Source: Ruminococcaceae bacterium UBA1213 (GTDB taxonomy: Bacteria; Bacillota; Clostridia; Oscillospirales; Acutalibacteraceae). Taken from it: 32,447 bases of DNA. Positions 27,993-32,447 of this stretch are shown here, piece after piece (position 1 is the first letter of the stretch; each line of letters opens with the position of its first letter). The DNA lies in assembly GCA_002309275.1 (NCBI GenBank), contig DBXL01000046.1, positions 1 to 32,447 of the forward strand, in the 5' to 3' direction. The notes beneath the pieces are model-generated. The model ran no database searches. It had not been told where the DNA came from and saw only the letters and a list, made by a program, of their open reading frames with translations. A program made the position numbers and the translations under genes.

Positions 27993-28008
27993 TGTTTCAC
28001 GTGAAACA
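27993..28008. other. parS centromere-like site (perfect palindrome)
   Basis: TGTTTCACGTGAAACA, 2 nt after the serS stop codon. Confidence 0.85.
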
Positions 28009-28033
28009 TTTTTGAATGTAGAATGATGGATAG

Positions 28034-28072
28034 GGAATGAGGAATGGAAATATTTCTCATTCCTATTTTTTT
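28034..28072 (+). terminator. Rho-independent terminator of serS
   Basis: GGAATGAG (28034-28041) pairs with CTCATTCC (28056-28063), followed by TATTTTTTT. An alternative register uses the adjacent GGAATGG copy. Confidence 0.75.
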
Positions 28073-28077
28073 AGAGA

Positions 28078-28113
28078 AGTTTTCAACAGAGTTTTTAACA
28101 TCTGTTGAAAACT
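28078..28113. repeat. Perfect 13-bp inverted repeat carrying the TTTTCAACA motif
   Basis: AGTTTTCAACAGA (28078-28090), 10-nt spacer, TCTGTTGAAAACT (28101-28113). Confidence 0.85.
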
Positions 28114-28167
28114 CAAAGAAAAATCAGGATAAATAAATAGTAAAAAGTGGCTTGAACAACGAAAAAA

Positions 28168-28270
28168 TGTTGAAAAGTCTGTTGAAAGTCTTGAAAACTT
28201 TTAAAAAGTGGAAAAGATTTGAAAAGAGAAAGTGAAAAGTTGCACATTTTTTTGTTAAAAACTTGAAAGA
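28168..28270. repeat. Array of TGTTGAAAAG-derived / GAAAAG repeats upstream of guaB
   Basis: GAAA(A)G/C units start at 28172, 28184, 28193, 28211, 28221, 28234 and 28265, all in the same orientation. The first two are full (C)TGTTGAAA(A)G copies. Confidence 0.7.
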
Positions 28271-28347
28271 AAATCTACATAGAATTCGGAAAAAATATTC
28301 TAAAAAGGAATAATAAATAGTTCTTTTATGATATAATTAGGCATTAA

Positions 28348-29856
<1,509 letters not shown>

Positions 29857-29870
29857 TCAGCATTTTATAG

Positions 29871-29904
29871 CAGGGCAGTCCATAAGGATTGCCCTGTATT
29901 TTTT
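29871..29904 (+). terminator. Rho-independent terminator of guaB
   Basis: CAGGGCA (29871-29877) pairs with TGCCCTG (29890-29896), followed by TATTTTTT. Confidence 0.8.
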
Positions 29905-30023
29905 ATATATCAAATCTGACAAAAAAGCACTTATTTGTTAGTGTAAATTGATATATTGACAAAAAGTCAAAAGATTTATATGATTAAGTTGTATAAAATT
30001 TTTTACAAGGAGAGGTGTTTCTT

Positions 30024-32366
30024 TTGAAAAAGCGAATATTAAGTGCATTTTTGGCATTGTGTGTTGCGGGGAGTACGGGTAGTGCATTGATGAGTCTGTC
30101 AATGCCTGTTGAGGCAGCCAATAATAATGTGATATATATTCCAAGGAATTATTATTTGAACGTGCCGACAAAGGAGCAGATAATCGAGAAGTACAATGAA
30201 TTGTTGTTTGACGTAGGGCAGAATATCAGTTATGAGAGGGACTATTCATTTAAAAATCCATTTGTACCCGGAGAAATTGGAAAGAGTGATAAGCTGAATG
30301 CTTTGAATATTTTGAATTTTTGCAGGTATATAGTAGGGTTGCCTGATGATATAAAGCTGAATGATGAATACAGCTGGAATGCACAGGCAGTTGCCTATTT
30401 GAATGCATTCAACGGAAATACGGCATATTATAATGAACAGAGGGATAATTTCCCGAATATGCTGTATCAGACAGCAGAGGTTGCAAGACAGAAAGTGGTA
30501 ATAGGTTCAGACTGTGATAATATTGCAGATGCGGTTTTGAGTTGCTGGACGAGGGATCTTTATGATAAGAACATACAGGGTGCAGGCTATAAGTTCATGG
30601 CGCTGAGTATGGAAATGCAGGAGATAGGTTTCGGACAGGTTGACAATCAGTATGCGATATATACATATGACCGTTCCAGAAAGGACCATTTTGCAGATGA
30701 TTATGTCATGTGGCCTGCGGAGGATATGCCGTATGAGCTTTTCAAAAACGGCGCATTTGCGTTGCAGTTGGGTGACGGTTACGGCAGACCGAAAGTAGAG
30801 GGTGTGACAGTTGACATAAAGTCGGAAAAGACGGGTGAGCATTGGCATTTCACAGGTGCAAACGTTCCTGAGAATTGTCACATGAGTGTACATCAGGACA
30901 GTTATGATGAATGTCCGTGTCTGGTGTTCGGGGTAAACAGTAAATTTGCGTGTGACGATAAAGTGACAGTGAAAATAACAGGATTGTCAAAGAATGGCAG
31001 GAGTGTAACAGTTGAAAGAACGATAAACTTTTTCAGTCTTTCCCATGTAACACTGAATGCAGAGAGTGTAACACTTGGTGCAGGTGAGGAGTATCAGCTT
31101 GAAAGTGATATATTCACGGCAGATACAAGAAATAATAATAGTATAGCGTATATATCGGATAATGAAGAAGTTGCGGTTGTATCGGAGGATGGCGTTGTAA
31201 CGGCTCTGAAAGCAGGCACGGCAAATATTATGGCACAGTTGCCGAACGGTGCATATGCGGAGTGTAAGTTTACAGTGAAGAAACCGCCCGAAACAGTTGA
31301 GTTCACAAAGAGTATAACAAGTCTTTTCACAGGTGAAACGGTAAATATATCTTCACTTGTAAAGACCTCAAAGGGAAGTGCTTCTTTATACAATACTTAT
31401 ACTTCAGATAATAAAAAGGTATGTACGGTTGATGATGAGGGCAATATAACGGGAGTCGGTGCAGGCGTGACAATGGTGAATGTAACGACATACAATGGAG
31501 TATCATCAAAGATACAGGTGATTGTCAGCAAGCTTGCGGACATTGAAGACCGTTCCAAAATTTCCGCCAATGAAATTCTTTTAGGCGATAGTGTGACAGT
31601 AAGTGCAAGAGCGGCAGGCGGTGCAGGTGCATTTGCTTATGAAGTAGCTTATAGGAAATTGACAGACGAAAATTGGACTACTGCCCAGAAATATTCAAAA
31701 AATACATCTGTTTCTATCACTCCGAAAGCAGCAACGGATTATGAAATCAAAGTGAGTGCAAAGGACAAGCTTGGAAATGTGAATGAAAAGACATTTGCAC
31801 TTTCTGTAAAGCTGCCTTTTGCAAATACTACGACTGTCAAAGAGAGTGTTGCCTACGGTGAAAGCCTGATTATAAAAGCATCAGGTCAGGGCGGCACAGG
31901 TAAATATCAATATGCAGTGCAGTACAAGAAAGCAAGCAGTTCCGCATGGACAACGGTGCAGAATTTCAGTGAAAATTCCGAAATAAAACTCACTCCTAAA
32001 GCTATGACAGAGTATGATATATGCGTGAAGGTCAAGGATAGTGACGGAACGGTTGATAAGAAATTCTATAAGCTTGAAGTCACTTCTAAACTTGCCAATA
32101 CATCGGAGTTGTCAGCGACAGAGGTGAAGTTCGGTGAAACTATAATCACCTATAACACAGCAACAGGTGGAACAGCACCTTATACATATGCAGTGTATTA
32201 CAAAAAAGCAGGCACATCGAAATGGACAACGGTACAGAATTTCATCGATAAATCCGAAACAGTCATAAAACCGAAAGCAGCGACACAGTATGATGTATGC
32301 GTGAAAGTGAAAGATGTTTCAGGTAATATAGCTAAAAAGTATATGAAATTTAATGCAGTTAAATAA
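30024..32366 (+). CDS. Secreted multi-domain protein (two Big_2-like Ig domains, three Y_Y_Y-like repeats)
   Basis: TTG 30024 lies 8 nt after AGGAGAGG and gives MKKRILSAFLALCVAG..., a signal peptide (cleavage near VEA-AN). Two Big_2-like segments are present (...SDNEEVAVVSEDGVVTALKAGTANI; SDNKKVCTVDDEGNITGVGAGVT). There are three C-terminal repeats of about 91 aa. No LPXTG motif or C-terminal TM. The ORF-track GTG at 30015 is the alternative start. Confidence 0.75.
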   Translation: MKKRILSAFLALCVAGSTGSALMSLSMPVEAANNNVIYIPRNYYLNVPTKEQIIEKYNELLFDVGQNISYERDYSFKNPFVPGEIGKSDKLNALNILNFCRYIVGLPDDIKLNDEYSWNAQAVAYLNAFNGNTAYYNEQRDNFPNMLYQTAEVARQKVVIGSDCDNIADAVLSCWTRDLYDKNIQGAGYKFMALSMEMQEIGFGQVDNQYAIYTYDRSRKDHFADDYVMWPAEDMPYELFKNGAFALQLGDGYGRPKVEGVTVDIKSEKTGEHWHFTGANVPENCHMSVHQDSYDECPCLVFGVNSKFACDDKVTVKITGLSKNGRSVTVERTINFFSLSHVTLNAESVTLGAGEEYQLESDIFTADTRNNNSIAYISDNEEVAVVSEDGVVTALKAGTANIMAQLPNGAYAECKFTVKKPPETVEFTKSITSLFTGETVNISSLVKTSKGSASLYNTYTSDNKKVCTVDDEGNITGVGAGVTMVNVTTYNGVSSKIQVIVSKLADIEDRSKISANEILLGDSVTVSARAAGGAGAFAYEVAYRKLTDENWTTAQKYSKNTSVSITPKAATDYEIKVSAKDKLGNVNEKTFALSVKLPFANTTTVKESVAYGESLIIKASGQGGTGKYQYAVQYKKASSSAWTTVQNFSENSEIKLTPKAMTEYDICVKVKDSDGTVDKKFYKLEVTSKLANTSELSATEVKFGETIITYNTATGGTAPYTYAVYYKKAGTSKWTTVQNFIDKSETVIKPKAATQYDVCVKVKDVSGNIAKKYMKFNAVK
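31537..32363 (+). repeat. Three tandem coding repeats of about 275 nt (about 91 aa)
   Basis: Units begin near 31537, 31815 and 32089. Each contains GG(A/T)G-x-Y-x-Y-x-V-x-Y(K/R)K...W(T)T(A/V)Q...(I/L/V)(T/K)PKA-x-T-x-YD/E(I/V)-x-VK/SxKD, a triple-tyrosine (Y_Y_Y-like) pattern. Confidence 0.8.
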
Positions 32367-32373
32367 CATATTG

Positions 32374-32407
32374 ACGGAGAATGAGGGAAACCTTGTTCTC
32401 CGTTTTG
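32374..32407 (+). terminator. Rho-independent terminator
   Basis: ACGGAGAA (32374-32381) pairs with TTCTCCGT (32396-32403), followed by TTTGTAT. Confidence 0.65.
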
Positions 32408-32447
32408 TATATTGTGCTTTAGTGCAATACAATTTGTAGAAACGGAA

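Noticed and set aside
21137-28072. Shared AATATTTCT(T/C)A(C/T)TCCT..ATTTTTT segment in the terminators next to the parS sites at 21188 and 27993 as a composite parS-terminator repeat element
   Set aside because: The order of parS and hairpin is opposite at the two loci, and the similarity is limited to about 20 nt of an AT-rich loop and 3' arm. The other two parS sites lack it. This is probably coincidental terminator similarity.

Overview
This window is the chromosomal replication-origin region of a low-GC Gram-positive bacterium (Bacillota). Gene content and protein sequences look clostridial, but that is not verifiable here. The core is the conserved array dnaA - oriC - dnaN - yaaA(S4) - recF - remB - gyrB ... 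gyrA, with small lineage-specific genes inserted before gyrB and between gyrB and gyrA. It is followed by a six-gene minus-strand (head-on) operon: murE-murF-membrane protein-lgt-VanY-like lipoprotein-mtnN. Next come a small membrane protein/XRE pair, an ECF-type sigma/anti-sigma pair, mnmG-rsmG, a Noc-type ParB paralogue, parA-parB, serS, guaB and a large secreted Ig-repeat protein. I saw no rRNA, tRNA, CRISPR array, IS element, integrase or recognisable defence, toxin or phage module, and I do not claim a novel multi-gene system. The most interesting signals are non-coding or at residue level. (1) The dnaA-dnaN spacer looks like an oriC built from at least 11 copies of a non-canonical box, TTTTCAAC(A), not TTATCCACA. 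It ends in a textbook tandem-box / GC cluster / (CTA)5 DnaA-trio / T-tract unwinding module. (2) The DnaA encoded here carries substitutions at three of the base-contacting residues of domain IV, which fits an altered box specificity. (3) A second array of the same motif lies 26 kb away, upstream of guaB, and a nested copy sits inside a 30-bp GA-rich inverted repeat after gyrB. (4) Four intergenic parS sites (TGTTTCACGTGAAACA) lie within 9 kb. (5) The VanY/M15B-like lipoprotein has both a zinc-ligand His and the catalytic Glu replaced (H->N, E->Q). (6) A 465-bp gene-free gap contains an orphan strong terminator and duplicated mini-ORF repeats. All coordinates were derived by hand from the printed sequence. 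Family assignments rest on motifs recalled from memory, not on searches.
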